Positions 42,109-52,740 are shown, counted from the first letter of the stretch. The stretch: DNA of 64,000 nucleotides from an uncultured delta proteobacterium (GCA_963775425.1 CAVZJB010000011.1:96001-160000); one strand, 5' to 3'. Numbers and translations: made by a program. The notes: generated by a model not told the origin, from the letters alone.

Positions 42109-43713
42109 TCACGGGCGGTACTGGATACGCCCCGCCGGCGGCGGCGACACCGGCGAGTGCGTACGGAACCACGCGATGAGCGCGTCGACGTCGACCGGGC
42201 CGGTGGTCACATCGCGGCCGGCGGCGAACACGCCGCGCTCGACGAGGAAGTTGTTGACGGTGACGCGGTACTCGCCGGCAGGCGCAAGCGGCTTGTCCCC
42301 CACGAGGACGCTGCCGGGCACCACGTGCCGCCCCGACGCGTCGGGCCCGGACCACGCGTAGCTGAGCCCGGACACCTGCAGGATGCCCTGCTGCGACGAG
42401 AACTGGTCCTCGAGGGCCCGCTCGATCTGCGCGCCGGTGAGCGTGACCGTCTCGAGCACGTTGCCGAACGGGTGCACCGCGAACAGCTCCGCGACCGTGA
42501 CCTCGCCCGGCTGCTCATCGCCCGTCGGCGCGACGAGCAGGGAATCGCGCAGGCCGCCGTTCTGCTGGAACGCGATGCGCGCGCCCGCCGGCGCCGTGGC
42601 CGCGAGCTGCGCATCGGCGTCGACGTCGCCCAGGCTGCTCTCTCCCGCGACGTTCGGCGTCGCTCGCAGGTCGGCCGTGACGGTGCCGGTGACCTCGGCG
42701 CCGATGTCGACGGACGCCGCGACCGCCTCGGCCACGGCGGCGGCGACGCCCGCGTCCGGCGCGATGTCGTGGTCGACGTCGCGCGTGAGCGGAGCGCCGG
42801 CCGTCACCGTGCGCGCGTCGAGATCCACGGTGAGGTCGACCTCGCCGAACACGTCGCCAAAGGCGCCGGCGGCGATGGTCGGCACATCGTCGATGGGACA
42901 TGCGAAGCGCGCGTGGGAGTGCCCCGACAGCACCACGTCGACGACGTCCGCGACCGCGGACGTGAACGGCACGATGTCACCGCCCAGCGAACACCCGAAC
43001 AGCGGCGCGCCGGGCACGTGGGTAAGCGCGATGACGACGTCGGCGCCCTCCTCGCGCAGCACTCCGGCCTCGCGTCGGACGGCGACCGCCTCATCGTCGA
43101 ACGTGAGGCCCTCGACCGCCGTCGCGACGGTCACGGTAGGCGTCTTGCGCCAGGACGCGCCGACGAGGCCGACGTGCGCGCCAGCGACGTCGACGATGGC
43201 GCCGGGGAGGAAGGCGGGCGAGCCGTCGTCGAGAGCTACGTTCGCCGCCAGGAAGGGAAAGGACGCGCCCGGCCACGGGTGGTCGCACGGGTCGCCGTCG
43301 TGGCAGCCACCGCTTTCCAGGCGCACCAGCTCGTCATACCCCTCGTCGAGCTCGTGGTTGCCGACCGCGCTCGCGGCGAGGCCCATGCGCCCCATGATGT
43401 CGAGCGTGGGCTCGTCGTGCTGGACGGCGGACGGCAACGGGCTCGCGCCGAGGATGTCACCCGCGCCGACCAACAGCGCGCCGTCGACGCCGCGCGCGCG
43501 TTCCTTCAGGTGCGCCGCGAGCCACGCCGCCCCGCCGACGTCCCCGTGCGCCTCGAGGTTGCCGTGGAAGTCGCCGATGGACAGGACGCGCAGCGTGACC
43601 TCGCCGCGTGGCTGCAAAGGCGTCGTGTGGTGGCCGTCGGGGCCGCCGCAGGCCGCGAACGCACCGAGCGCCACGAGGAAGAACGCGGCGCCAAGGCCGG
43701 TGGTCGTGCGCAT
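42109..43713 (-). CDS. Bifunctional metallophosphoesterase/5'-nucleotidase lipoprotein
   Basis: AFAAC lipobox; DFHG, AGD, GNHELD, SGHSH, NGGLR, PFGN. Confidence 0.93.
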   Translation of the reverse strand: MRTTTGLGAAFFLVALGAFAACGGPDGHHTTPLQPRGEVTLRVLSIGDFHGNLEAHGDVGGAAWLAAHLKERARGVDGALLVGAGDILGASPLPSAVQHDEPTLDIMGRMGLAASAVGNHELDEGYDELVRLESGGCHDGDPCDHPWPGASFPFLAANVALDDGSPAFLPGAIVDVAGAHVGLVGASWRKTPTVTVATAVEGLTFDDEAVAVRREAGVLREEGADVVIALTHVPGAPLFGCSLGGDIVPFTSAVADVVDVVLSGHSHARFACPIDDVPTIAAGAFGDVFGEVDLTVDLDARTVTAGAPLTRDVDHDIAPDAGVAAAVAEAVAASVDIGAEVTGTVTADLRATPNVAGESSLGDVDADAQLAATAPAGARIAFQQNGGLRDSLLVAPTGDEQPGEVTVAELFAVHPFGNVLETVTLTGAQIERALEDQFSSQQGILQVSGLSYAWSGPDASGRHVVPGSVLVGDKPLAPAGEYRVTVNNFLVERGVFAAGRDVTTGPVDVDALIAWFRTHSPVSPPPAGRIQYRP

Positions 43714-43998
43714 GACTCGCCCCCTGTTGGGTGCACGAGAGCACCAGCACCGTCCGTGCCACCGAGGCGCGACGCCCCATGGGCACGGCGCCGCGCGCGG
43801 TTGGGGCAGCGCACACGTCCGGTGTGTACGAGCGAACTGTTACGACGCGCGCGAGGCGGCGACCACGTCGCCCTTCTTCTGCACGACCGGAACATCGTCC
43901 GGCGCGCAGCTGGCGGCTTCGGTCAATTCGTTGGCGGGACCGGTCAGCGACGCGCCCGCGGGGGGCGCGTACGCATAAGGCGAACCCCGGAGGTCGCC

Positions 43999-44781
43999 AT
44001 GGTCGTCACCGCTGTCTTGCACGCCGCGCTCGCGCTCATCGTCTACGTCTGCACGGCGCTGGCGTTCGTCGCCGCCCTGCGTGCGCTCGGGCTCTCCGTG
44101 CGCAAGGGGAGCGACGGCGCCGTCTCCGTCCGCGCCGCGGCGCTCGGCTTCGCCGCCAACCTGGCCGCGGCGTCGGCCGTCGCCGCGCTGTGGTGCGCGC
44201 TCGAGGGACGCCCGCTCGTCGCGATCGGCTTCTCCTTCGGCGCGCGCGCCGCCGCCGTGGCCGGCGCGGGCGTCGTCGCCGCCGTCGTCGTGGGCGCCGC
44301 CGCCGCCGTCTTGTTCGGCGGAGCCGTCGCGCCCGGCGTGGAGCGCGGGCGAGGCGCCGTCGTCGTGGTCGTCGGCCTCGCCGCGCTCGCGGCCGCTGCC
44401 TTTGCGGAGGAGCTGCTCTTCCGCGGCTACCTGCTCTCGGTGCTGCGCGCGCTCGGCACGCCGACGGCCGTGGCGCTCTCGACGGGCGCGTTCGTGGCGG
44501 TGCACTTCCTCACGACGCGCGCGAGCGCGGGGCAGGTGGCGAGCTGGATCGTCGGCGGGCTGTTGCTGGCGGTGGTGTTCCTGCACACGGGCTCGCTCGC
44601 CGCGGCGACCGCGGTGCACCTCGCGCGCAACGTCGCGAACGCCATGTTCCTCGACCCCGTGCCGGGCCTGGCGCGCGTTCGCCTGCGCGCGCCGCTGTCG
44701 CCGTGGCAGCGCGCGGCGGCGCACGCCGCGCATGCCGTCGTCGTCGCCGTCGCCGTCGCCGTGTCGTCGGGCGGCCACTGA
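43999..44781 (+). CDS. CPBP (CAAX/Abi) intramembrane metalloprotease
   Basis: GGAGG RBS; EELLFRGY, FVAVH, HLARN. Confidence 0.88.
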   Translation: MVVTAVLHAALALIVYVCTALAFVAALRALGLSVRKGSDGAVSVRAAALGFAANLAAASAVAALWCALEGRPLVAIGFSFGARAAAVAGAGVVAAVVVGAAAAVLFGGAVAPGVERGRGAVVVVVGLAALAAAAFAEELLFRGYLLSVLRALGTPTAVALSTGAFVAVHFLTTRASAGQVASWIVGGLLLAVVFLHTGSLAAATAVHLARNVANAMFLDPVPGLARVRLRAPLSPWQRAAAHAAHAVVVAVAVAVSSGGH

Positions 44782-44819
44782 CCCGCGCCCGATGGCGGCG
44801 CCTGCGGCGCGCCGCGGTC

Positions 44820-45857
44820 TCAGCGGGCGGCGCGCACCTGCGCGGGCGAGCGGCCGGTCCAGCGCTTGAAGGCGCGGATGAAGGCGCTCGGCTCCGAGAA
44901 GCCGAGGAGGAACGCGACCTCGGCCACCGACAGCCGCTGCGAGCGCAGGTAGGAGACGGCGAGGTCGCGGCGGACCTCGTCGAGCACCGCGCGGAACGTC
45001 GTCCCCTCCTCCTGCAGCCGGCGCGCGAGGCTGCGCTCGCTCATGGCGAGCCGGCGGGCTGCCTGCGCGAGAGAAGGCGCCTCGCCCTTCGCGCTCCCGG
45101 CGAGGACCTCGCGCACCCGCCGCGTGACGCCCGCGGGGTCCTGCGCCTGCGCGAGCAGCCGCTGCGCCTCGGCCTCGAAGAAGCTCTGCATGCCGGCGTG
45201 GCGGTGCCGGCACGCAAGCGCGAGCACCGACGCGGGCAGGACCAGCTCGTGGCGCGCGGCGCGCCAGACGAGGGGCGCGTCGAAGAAGCGCTCGTGATCG
45301 CTGGTGTCGCGCGGCGGCGCGCACGCGAGCCGCACCTCGACGGGCCGCACGTGCTGGCCGCTCACCTCGCGCATCGCCGCCAGGTGCTCTCCGAGGCCGA
45401 GCTCCACCACGGCGCGGCTCGCGTCGGCATGTCCCGCGGGCAGCCGCGCGTCCTGCCGCACCAGGCGCACGACGTCGCCGTCGTCGACGAGCGCGAAGTC
45501 GTCGGCGGCGAAGCGTATGCGGCGGTAGCGCAGCGCGAGGCGCAGCGCGGCGCCGACGTCTGCGGCGGTGAGGCAGACGTAGCCGAGCACCTGGTGGTCC
45601 TCGAGGCGCGAGCGCTCCGCCTGCCGCACGAGGAAGCCGTCGCCGAAGCGCAAGAGCCCTGCCTCGACGAGCGCGACCACGACGTGCGCCGCGTCCGGCG
45701 CCCCCGGCGCGACCAGCGGAGCGTCGGGATCGACGCCGAACTCCAGGAGCACCGCGCGCGGGTCGGCGCCCTCGGCCCGCAGCGCTCCGAGCAGCGGCTG
45801 ATAGCCGTCGATCTGTGTGCGAGGCTGGGCGCCGTCGTCGCCGGCCACGGCGTTCAC
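44820..45857 (-). CDS. AraC-family transcriptional regulator
   Basis: C-terminal AMSERSLARRLQEEGTTF..AFLLGFSEPSAFIRAFKRWTG. Confidence 0.92.
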   Translation of the reverse strand: MNAVAGDDGAQPRTQIDGYQPLLGALRAEGADPRAVLLEFGVDPDAPLVAPGAPDAAHVVVALVEAGLLRFGDGFLVRQAERSRLEDHQVLGYVCLTAADVGAALRLALRYRRIRFAADDFALVDDGDVVRLVRQDARLPAGHADASRAVVELGLGEHLAAMREVSGQHVRPVEVRLACAPPRDTSDHERFFDAPLVWRAARHELVLPASVLALACRHRHAGMQSFFEAEAQRLLAQAQDPAGVTRRVREVLAGSAKGEAPSLAQAARRLAMSERSLARRLQEEGTTFRAVLDEVRRDLAVSYLRSQRLSVAEVAFLLGFSEPSAFIRAFKRWTGRSPAQVRAAR

Positions 45858-46027
45858 CGGCGCCCGCGGTACTCCATCATGTCCTGCATCTTGCTCTCGG
45901 CGGCGGCGGCGATCTGGCCCTCCTCCTCGATGCGGCTCTTGCAGTCCTCGCAGACCTTCTTGGTCTTGCCGCCGACCTTCACGGCGAAGAGCTCCTCGAC
46001 GTCTTCACCGCACGACTTGCACTTCAC
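45854..46027 (-). CDS. Small zinc-ribbon protein (57 aa)
   Basis: GGAGG RBS; CKSC and CEDC pairs; its stop overlaps the AraC start (GTGA). Confidence 0.7.
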   Translation of the reverse strand: MKCKSCGEDVEELFAVKVGGKTKKVCEDCKSRIEEEGQIAAAAESKMQDMMEYRGRR

Positions 46028-46627
46028 GGTCCACCTCCACCGCCCCGGTCGCAGAAGCCTAGCGGTCCGCCGCACGGTGTCGAGGGCTGTGTGCCCCGCC
46101 TCCGTGCTTCCAGAACTGCGCGCCGCCTCCCGCAGCGGCGGCGCTCCGCGCGCTCCCGGCGGCGCAGCAAAGTTCGAACCACGCTGCGTAGCGTGCGCGG
46201 CGCCCTTGATCCCGCGCGCTCGCGCAAATGTCGACGACCCCGCGCGCGTGCTCAGCATCGAGCACAAGCTTCAGAAGCTTGACCCGGTTATCGACGTCGT
46301 GGCGCCGCGGAAGGAGCTCGAGCACCTCGTTGCCATGCTGACGAACCTCGTGCGCCGTTGCGAGGCGTAGACGTTGGCCACGGGAAACGCGCACGCACCA
46401 GCGCACGGCGAAGGGGCCGGGCATGGGCAGGCGCAGTTCGAAAGCGCCGACAAGTGGGTTCGCCAAGCCCTCGACGTCGTTGACGACTCGCTTCACCCTC
46501 ACCAGCGAAGAAAAGTTGCGCAGATCAGTTGCGCCGCTTCACAAGTCGAACCGCGCTCCGTGCTGACCGCGACCGTGCCCGCACTGAATGTTGTTGGCGG
46601 CAGGGTCGGTGAAGACGGTCTGCTGCG

Positions 46628-47407
46628 CTAGCGCGGTGTGGACGCAGCCGGTGCTGGGAGCGCGCCGCCCGACCAAGCGCCACATGTGCCCAGGGTCTTC
46701 CGATCTTGCTGCACGGGTGTGGCGGCCGGAGCGATGCGACAGACCGCGCTGATCAGCGCGCGCGCCTGCGCGAGCGCGAGCCCGGCCCCGCCCACCATCT
46801 CCCCTTTGCTCCCGAACGCATCCACCTCGAAGTTCTTCCCGATTCGGGGCACCTTCACGCGCCCGATCTCTCGTCCAGGAATGCACGACTCGGGCGCGGC
46901 GGCATCGGCAGCGAAGCTGACCTGACGCCTCTGTACGACGATGGAGGCGGTGCCCGGCAACACATGCCGGCCGAACACGAGATGCGCCGGGACCACGTGC
47001 GCTTTCGCAACACCCTGCACTGCCACGCAGTCCGCCGGACTCCCACTGTTGAGCGCGGCGATGCACGCTTGCGTCTCCGGCGTCGGCGGAAGGAAGAGCT
47101 CCGCCTGTGGCGCGTGGCTCACGTTGCTCAACACGAACCACTGCGTTTCCCCGAAGCCGCGTTGCAGAGTGGCGTCAGTGACCTCGAGCCGCGCGGGCTT
47201 GTCCGGTCGCAAGCAGAGAGCTCCGTCGCGGACGAACAGCGCTCCCGTCTCGCCCACGCCGGACTCCGAGTACACCGAGCCCGAGAACAGGGGGCCCTCG
47301 GGGCTGGTCACGGCCAAAGACAACATGAACAGAGCCAGCACGATTTCCTCCAAGAGACGTCGCTGGTGAGGGTCCCATGGGCTTTTGGCAGCCCGCAAGC
47401 TCCTCAA
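46628..47407 (-). CDS. Hypothetical, possibly exported protein (start uncertain)
   Basis: Open frame with a hydrophobic segment near the N-terminus; atypical codon usage. Confidence 0.45.
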   Translation of the reverse strand: MRSLRAAKSPWDPHQRRLLEEIVLALFMLSLAVTSPEGPLFSGSVYSESGVGETGALFVRDGALCLRPDKPARLEVTDATLQRGFGETQWFVLSNVSHAPQAELFLPPTPETQACIAALNSGSPADCVAVQGVAKAHVVPAHLVFGRHVLPGTASIVVQRRQVSFAADAAAPESCIPGREIGRVKVPRIGKNFEVDAFGSKGEMVGGAGLALAQARALISAVCRIAPAATPVQQDRKTLGTCGAWSGGALPAPAASTPR

Positions 47408-47521
47408 ACTGATGGCGCTGCGTGCCGTCGCTCGTCGCCGTCGAGGTTCCGGAGCACCGCGAAGCGATCAATGCACGAGCAAGGTCGCGCCCCGGCGCGC
47501 GCGACGACGTCGCTTCGGCGC

Positions 47522-47645
47522 TACTGGCGCTTCGCTTTGAAGGAGCCGTCGCTGAAGGTGAGGGTGGTGGAGCCGTCGGAGCTCACGAGGTCCATGGCGA
47601 AGCGGCCGCTGAGGATGTCGCCGTCGACGCCGAGGATGTAATCTC
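47522..47645 (-). pseudogene. 3' fragment of an unknown gene
   Basis: DYILGVDGDILSGRFAMDLVSSDGSTTLTFSDGSFKAKRQ* has strong GC3 bias; the frame is closed by a stop shortly upstream. Confidence 0.4.
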
Positions 47646-48118
47646 GCAGCGGCCGCACCGCGGGAAGCGGCGCCAACTGCAACGGCGAAAGCCGGCCGCA
47701 ACGAAGAGGACCTCATGCTCACGGCGCGACGCGCGGCTCTAGCTGCGTCGGGCCGACGAGCGTCGCCGGTCATGCTCGCCTGAAGGAATTCGGCGGGCCG
47801 TCGACGGGGACAAGAGCTCGAATCGCGTTCCGGTAGAGCGCGATGAGTTCTGGCGTTGCGGCGCTACGCCTCGCCGCAACCTCAACCGCCTGCGCGCGTT
47901 CCTCGTCGTTCGCGTTTGCATCCACGTACCCGGACATCGCGGCAGCGACTGCGGAGGTGTCGTCGTCGTCTGCTCGATATGTCTGTACGACCAGGCGACC
48001 CAACGCTGCCGCGAGAAACCCGCGACCGCTGGGCGCCTGGTCCGCCGCACGGAGAGCGATCTCAATACGAAAGCGGAGGTCGGTCGCTGAGTCGCAGCCG
48101 TTGAGGGTGGGCGATGGA

Positions 48119-48193
48119 TGGTGAGCCTGCAGGGATTCGAACCCTGGACCGATGGATTAAAAGTCCACTGCTCTACCACTGAGCTACGGGCCC
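48119..48193 (-). tRNA. tRNA-Lys (TTT)
   Basis: GGGCCCGTAGCTCAGTGGTAGAGCAGTGGACTTTTAATCCATCGGTCCAGGGTTCGAATCCCTGCAGGCTCACCA. Confidence 0.96.
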
Positions 48194-48260
48194 GCAGCCA
48201 GAGTACGGAGCCTCGTTGAGCGCGTCCACGCGATGCACCCGTGTGCTAGCGTCCGCCGCC

Positions 48261-48743
48261 ATGCAGGCGAACATCCGCGAGTACCGCGTCGAGGACAAGG
48301 AGCGCGTCGTCGCGCTTTCGCTGCGCGCGTGGGCGCCCGTGTTCGCGTCGCTCGAGGCGATCCTCGGCGCGGAGATCTTCACGCGGCTGCACGGCGACTG
48401 GCGCGAGTACCAGGCGCGCGCGGTGCGCGACACGCTCGCGAACGCCGCCGTTCGCACCTGGGTTGCCGAGGGCGCGCGCGGCGTCGCGGGGTTCGTCGCG
48501 GCGAACCTGCACAAGGAGCAGGCGATGGGCGAGGTGTGGATGCTCGCGGTCGACCCCGACGAGCAGGAGCACGGCATCGGCCTCGCGCTCACCGAGTTCG
48601 CGACCGCGTGGCTGCGCCAATCCGGCATGAAGATCGCGATGATCGACAGCGGCGGAGACCCCGGCCACGCGCCGGCGCGGCACGTCTACGAGAAGGCCGG
48701 CTACACGCTCCTGCCCGTCGCCCGCTACTTCAAGGCGATCTAG
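48261..48743 (+). CDS. GNAT-family acetyltransferase
   Basis: LAVDPDEQEHGIG motif A; GGDPGHAPARHVYEKAGY. Confidence 0.9.
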   Translation: MQANIREYRVEDKERVVALSLRAWAPVFASLEAILGAEIFTRLHGDWREYQARAVRDTLANAAVRTWVAEGARGVAGFVAANLHKEQAMGEVWMLAVDPDEQEHGIGLALTEFATAWLRQSGMKIAMIDSGGDPGHAPARHVYEKAGYTLLPVARYFKAI

Positions 48744-48789
48744 CGTTCGCTCCACCGCCCGTTCGAAAGGAGCCCGCCCATGGCGGGGC

Positions 48790-49326
48790 GCCGATCCCGG
48801 CGAGCTGTGGGCCGCGGGGAGCGGAGGCCACCTCTACCGCGACACCGGCGCGGGGCTCGTCGACGTCACCACGGATACGCGAGACGCCGTCCTCGCCGTC
48901 ACCGGCCACGCCGTCGGCGACGTCACCGCGTTCTTCGCCGACCGGAACGTCGGCGCGCCGCCCATCTATCACTGGGACGGACAAGCGCTGTCGGAGGTGC
49001 CGTCGCTCGAGCACCCGGTGACGGTGCAGCGCTTCGGCGACGTCACCTATGCCGTCGACCTCTTCGAGGGCGGCTTCACCGTCGTGCTCCCGAGCGTGCA
49101 TGGGACGAGCGCGCGCCTCTCGGGGAACACCGAGATCGGGCAAGCTGCGTTGGTGTCGCCGTCGGAGGGCTACGCGCTCAACGAGCTCGGCGGCGTCCTG
49201 GACTTCGACGGCGCCGCCTTCACCGACGACGGCCTCCGCTTCCTCAACCACGGACGCGGGCTCCGAGCGATCGAGAGCGGTGTCTTTGTCGTCGGCGACT
49301 TCGGCTTCGTGCTGCGCCACGAGTGA
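48790..49326 (+). pseudogene. 3' part of a beta-propeller-like gene with no in-frame start (truncated or frameshifted)
   Basis: The frame of the 48997 ORF extends upstream as ADPGELWAAGSGGHLY..IYHWDGQ; the RBS and ATG at 48780 are out of frame. Confidence 0.45.
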
Positions 49327-49351
49327 CCGGCGCGGCCACGGCGGCGTGTCG

Positions 49352-49927
49352 CTAGTCGACGTCGGCGACGTCGAACGTACCGGTCACGTCGATGGTGGTT
49401 CCGGTGTTGGTGGTCTCGCCCAGCGTGCTCGTGAACGAGCCGATGAGCTCACCGCCTTCGCTGAAGTCGGCGTCGACGGTGATGCTGCAGCTCGCGCCGG
49501 TGCTGATGCCGTTGTAGACGGTGCCGCTCTCGCCGACGGTGATGTTGACCGAGCTGTCGCACGCGTAGCTGCCGGCGGGGACGCTGGTCCCGGAGGTGTT
49601 CCAGTTCACGATGGCGCTGGAGCCGTTGTCGCCGCCGAGCGCGTTGGCGCTCGCGACCACGACGTTGCCGGCGTTGAGGAAGTGGCCCACCGCGTTGTTG
49701 ACGGAGTGCGCGTGGCCGTCGGCCGTCCACGAGAACGTCCCGGCGTCGCCTTCGCCTTCGCCCTCTCCTTCGCCCTCTCCTTCGCCCTCCCCTTCGCCTT
49801 CCCCTTCGCCTTCCCCTTCGCCTTCCCCTTCACCTTCACCTTCGCCTTCGGCGGGGCAGGCTGTCAGGGCGCTGAGCCCGGCGACGGACACGAAGAGGAT
49901 GGCGACGAGAGATGCGCGAACGAACAT
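49352..49927 (-). CDS. Lipoprotein with (Glu-Gly)17 linker
   Basis: AAAGGAG RBS; SALTAC lipobox; EG repeat at 49748-49849; small beta-rich domain. Confidence 0.8.
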   Translation of the reverse strand: MFVRASLVAILFVSVAGLSALTACPAEGEGEGEGEGEGEGEGEGEGEGEGEGEGEGEGEGDAGTFSWTADGHAHSVNNAVGHFLNAGNVVVASANALGGDNGSSAIVNWNTSGTSVPAGSYACDSSVNITVGESGTVYNGISTGASCSITVDADFSEGGELIGSFTSTLGETTNTGTTIDVTGTFDVADVD

Positions 49928-50509
49928 GAGTGCTCCTTTTCTGCGCGCATCATGGGGCGAAACGCGCCCCACGTTGAGGCATTTTTCCCGAGGCTGCGGA
50001 CGCGGAGATTTTCCCCCGCCGAGGGCAACTTCTCGCGCTGCCGCTTGCGGTGGCGAGCCAGGCGAGATCGACGTAGCCGCCGCGGGGCGGTTCTTGCGCG
50101 AGCGTCAAAAAGCGCGCGGCGAAGAGCCTGACAACGGCGGTGACGTCGTCGGCACCGGCGCCCTTGTCCTTGAGCGCGCGCGCGCGCCGCGTGCGCTGGC
50201 GCCCGATCCGCGGTGCGCCCGCGCACCGTGCCGTGCAGGGCGCTCAGTCCCACCAGAAGAACAGGTCCGTTTCGTCGCCGGCGTCGACGCGCGCCTTGCT
50301 CGCGCCCACGGCCTTGGCGACCGCGACGGACGCGACTTGCGCTCCCCGCCGCATGTCCCTGGGGCGTTCTCGGCGGCCTCGACGGCGAGGAGGCCGCGCC
50401 GCGAGAGCGCACGCGCGCTGCGCGCGACCAGGGAGGGCGGCGTGGCGGCGCAGAAGATCAAGCTCGGCGAGGGCTTCCATCCCGCGCGCGAGAAGGGGTC
50501 GTTCGACGC

Positions 50510-51091
50510 GTCGAGGACGAAAACCACGACGGCCTGCAGGAGCCCGGCGAGACCGACGCCGCCGACCCCGACAGCGACGGCGACGGCCTCGACGACGGCC
50601 TCGAGCGCGTCGCCCTCTACCCCGGCGCCGCGTGTCCCGACGGCCACGCCAATCCCCTCGACGCCGACAGGGACGGCGACGGCGTCCTCGACGGCGCCGA
50701 GGAGCAAAACCACGACGGCCTCATCGACGCCGGCGAGACCAGCCCCTGCGCGCTGCCGCCGACGGGCGCGCGCGCCCCGGATCCCAGCGCGGCCGCGCCT
50801 GTGCCGCCGCCCGTCGGTGAGCGCGACCCCGAGCGCGCCGCCCCCGAGATCCTGCCGCCGACCACGCCCGAGCTCCCCGCGCCCCTCGGGCCGTCACCCT
50901 CGTCGACGACCGCGCCGTCCGCGTCGTCGCCGTCGCCGCCGTCGTGGCTCGCGCAGGCCGCGGTGACGTTGTCGGGCTCCACAGTCTGGGGCTGCTCGTC
51001 GTCGTCGTCCACGCCGGACGCCGCCGTCCTCGCGCTGCTCGTCGTCGCCCTGGCGAAGCGTCGGCGGCGGCGCGCTGCGTCGCGCCGCTGA
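50510..51091 (+). pseudogene. C-terminal part of a Ca-binding (TSP3-like DxDGDG) surface protein with MYXO-CTERM-like anchor; 5' part not evident
   Basis: DENHDG..GETD..DSDGDGLDDG, DRDGDGVLDG; Pro/Ser linker; GCSS..VLALLVVALAKRRRR tail. Confidence 0.6.
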
Positions 51092-51154
51092 CGCGGACGA
51101 CGCGCGCGTGATACCCCGTTCCGCCGACGCGGCCGAGCCGATACCGACGCTCCG

Positions 51155-52726
51155 ATGTTGGTCGTCGCCCTCGCCTTCGCCCTCACCACACCCGCCCCGG
51201 CCTGCGTGGGGCTCGCCTGCTACGACGCGTGCATGACGAAGGGCGACGCGAGCGCGTGCGCGGCGTGGGGTGACCTCGTGTGGCACGCGCGCGCCGGCGG
51301 CGGCGGCCACGTGCTCGCCGCGGCGCCCTTCTGGGAGAAGGCCTGCGCCGCGGGCGTCGCCCAAAGCTGTGAGCGGCTCGCGTACGCCTACGCGACCGGC
51401 GAGGGGCTTCCCAAGCGCCCCGACCTCGGCGCCGCTTTGATCGCGCCGCGGTGCGAACAGGGCGACTTCCACGCGTGCCGCTCGCTCCTCGACGACGTGT
51501 TCGCGACGGAGCCCGCGGCGAAGGCGGCGGAGAAGCGCCTCGAAGTCGTGTGCCGGCGCGGCGACGCCGAGAGCTGCTCGGCGCTGGAGGACCACGGCAA
51601 CGCGGTCGGCGCCCACGAGCTGGCGTCCGTCTCCGCGCGCGTGTGCCGCGGGGAGAAGGCGCCGCCGGGCTGGACGTGGCCGCCGTACGTGGCGTGCTCG
51701 GCGCTCCTCGCGCGACCGGAGGCCGCGAAGCCGGAGGTCCACGCGCGGCTCCTCGAGCGCGCCGTCGAGCTCGGCAGCACCGCGTGCGCGCACGGCGACC
51801 ACGACGCGTGCGGCCTGGTTCGCTCCGAGGCCGCCGAGGACGCGCGCCTGCAAGCGAAGGGTTGCCGCCTGGGCGCCCGCGTGCTGTGTGACGACCTCGA
51901 GCGGGGCCGCTGCAAGGACCTCGACCTCGACGCGTGCACGCGCCTGCTGGCCGCGAAGCACGGCACCGCGGATGTCAAGGTCGCCGCCGACGCGTGCGTG
52001 CGGAGCAGCGGCCAGCGCTGGGCCGCCTTGTGCCTCGCGGCCGGCGAGTCGGCCGCGGCGTGCAAGCGCGGGTCGCAGCAGGGCTGCACCCAAGCGGCCG
52101 TCGACGGGTGCAACGCTGGCGACGGCGACGCGTGCCTCGAGGCTGCGAAGGCGAAGACGAAGGCCGATCTGCGTCCCGCGCTCCGCGACATGTGCAGCAG
52201 GTCTTTCACGCCGCGCGTGGTGCTGTGCGGGCTCCTGGCCGACCTCGAGGAGGCCCACGGCGCCCCGGTTCACGCGGCCTACGCGCGAGCGGCCGCCTGT
52301 CGGAAGGAAACCCCGTGCCGCGCCAAGGTGAAAGCGCCCACGCTCGAGCAGGCCCGCTACGGCTGCGAGCTCAACGACGGCGGCGCGTGCCTCGAGGTCT
52401 TTCACCGGCGAGGGAAGGGCGGCGTCTCCGCCGACGAGGCGCGCAAGGCCATCGAGAGCGCGTGCTACGCGGACGTCGAGGGAGCGTGCAGACAAGCCGC
52501 CGTCGCAGACCTCGCGAGCGACAACACAGACGCCGCCGTCGGCGCGTACAAGTACGCGTGCTTCGGCCACGAGCCCGACCTCGCCGCGTGTCGCGACCTC
52601 GCGGCGCTCTACTGCGAAGGCCGCTACGTCCCGAAGCACCTCGGGATGTGTCAGGACTACGAGCAGGTGGCGTGCAAAGGCGGCGACGGCGCCGCGTGTG
52701 CCGCCGTCGAGCGGCTGCGCCGCTGA
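51155..52726 (+). CDS. Secreted Cys-rich Sel1-like repeat protein
   Basis: Signal peptide; KACAAGVAQSCERLAYAYATGEG and many Cx7C helical repeats. Confidence 0.78.
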   Translation: MLVVALAFALTTPAPACVGLACYDACMTKGDASACAAWGDLVWHARAGGGGHVLAAAPFWEKACAAGVAQSCERLAYAYATGEGLPKRPDLGAALIAPRCEQGDFHACRSLLDDVFATEPAAKAAEKRLEVVCRRGDAESCSALEDHGNAVGAHELASVSARVCRGEKAPPGWTWPPYVACSALLARPEAAKPEVHARLLERAVELGSTACAHGDHDACGLVRSEAAEDARLQAKGCRLGARVLCDDLERGRCKDLDLDACTRLLAAKHGTADVKVAADACVRSSGQRWAALCLAAGESAAACKRGSQQGCTQAAVDGCNAGDGDACLEAAKAKTKADLRPALRDMCSRSFTPRVVLCGLLADLEEAHGAPVHAAYARAAACRKETPCRAKVKAPTLEQARYGCELNDGGACLEVFHRRGKGGVSADEARKAIESACYADVEGACRQAAVADLASDNTDAAVGAYKYACFGHEPDLAACRDLAALYCEGRYVPKHLGMCQDYEQVACKGGDGAACAAVERLRR

Positions 52727-52740
52727 GGTCAGGCAATCAC

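Noticed and set aside
46059-46631. Short ORFs between the zinc-ribbon gene and the 46628 ORF
   Set aside because: No motif, RBS or consistent codon bias lets me choose a frame.
26566-48193. Prophage or integrative element at the three tRNAs
   Set aside because: I saw no integrase, phage genes or duplicated tRNA 3' ends.
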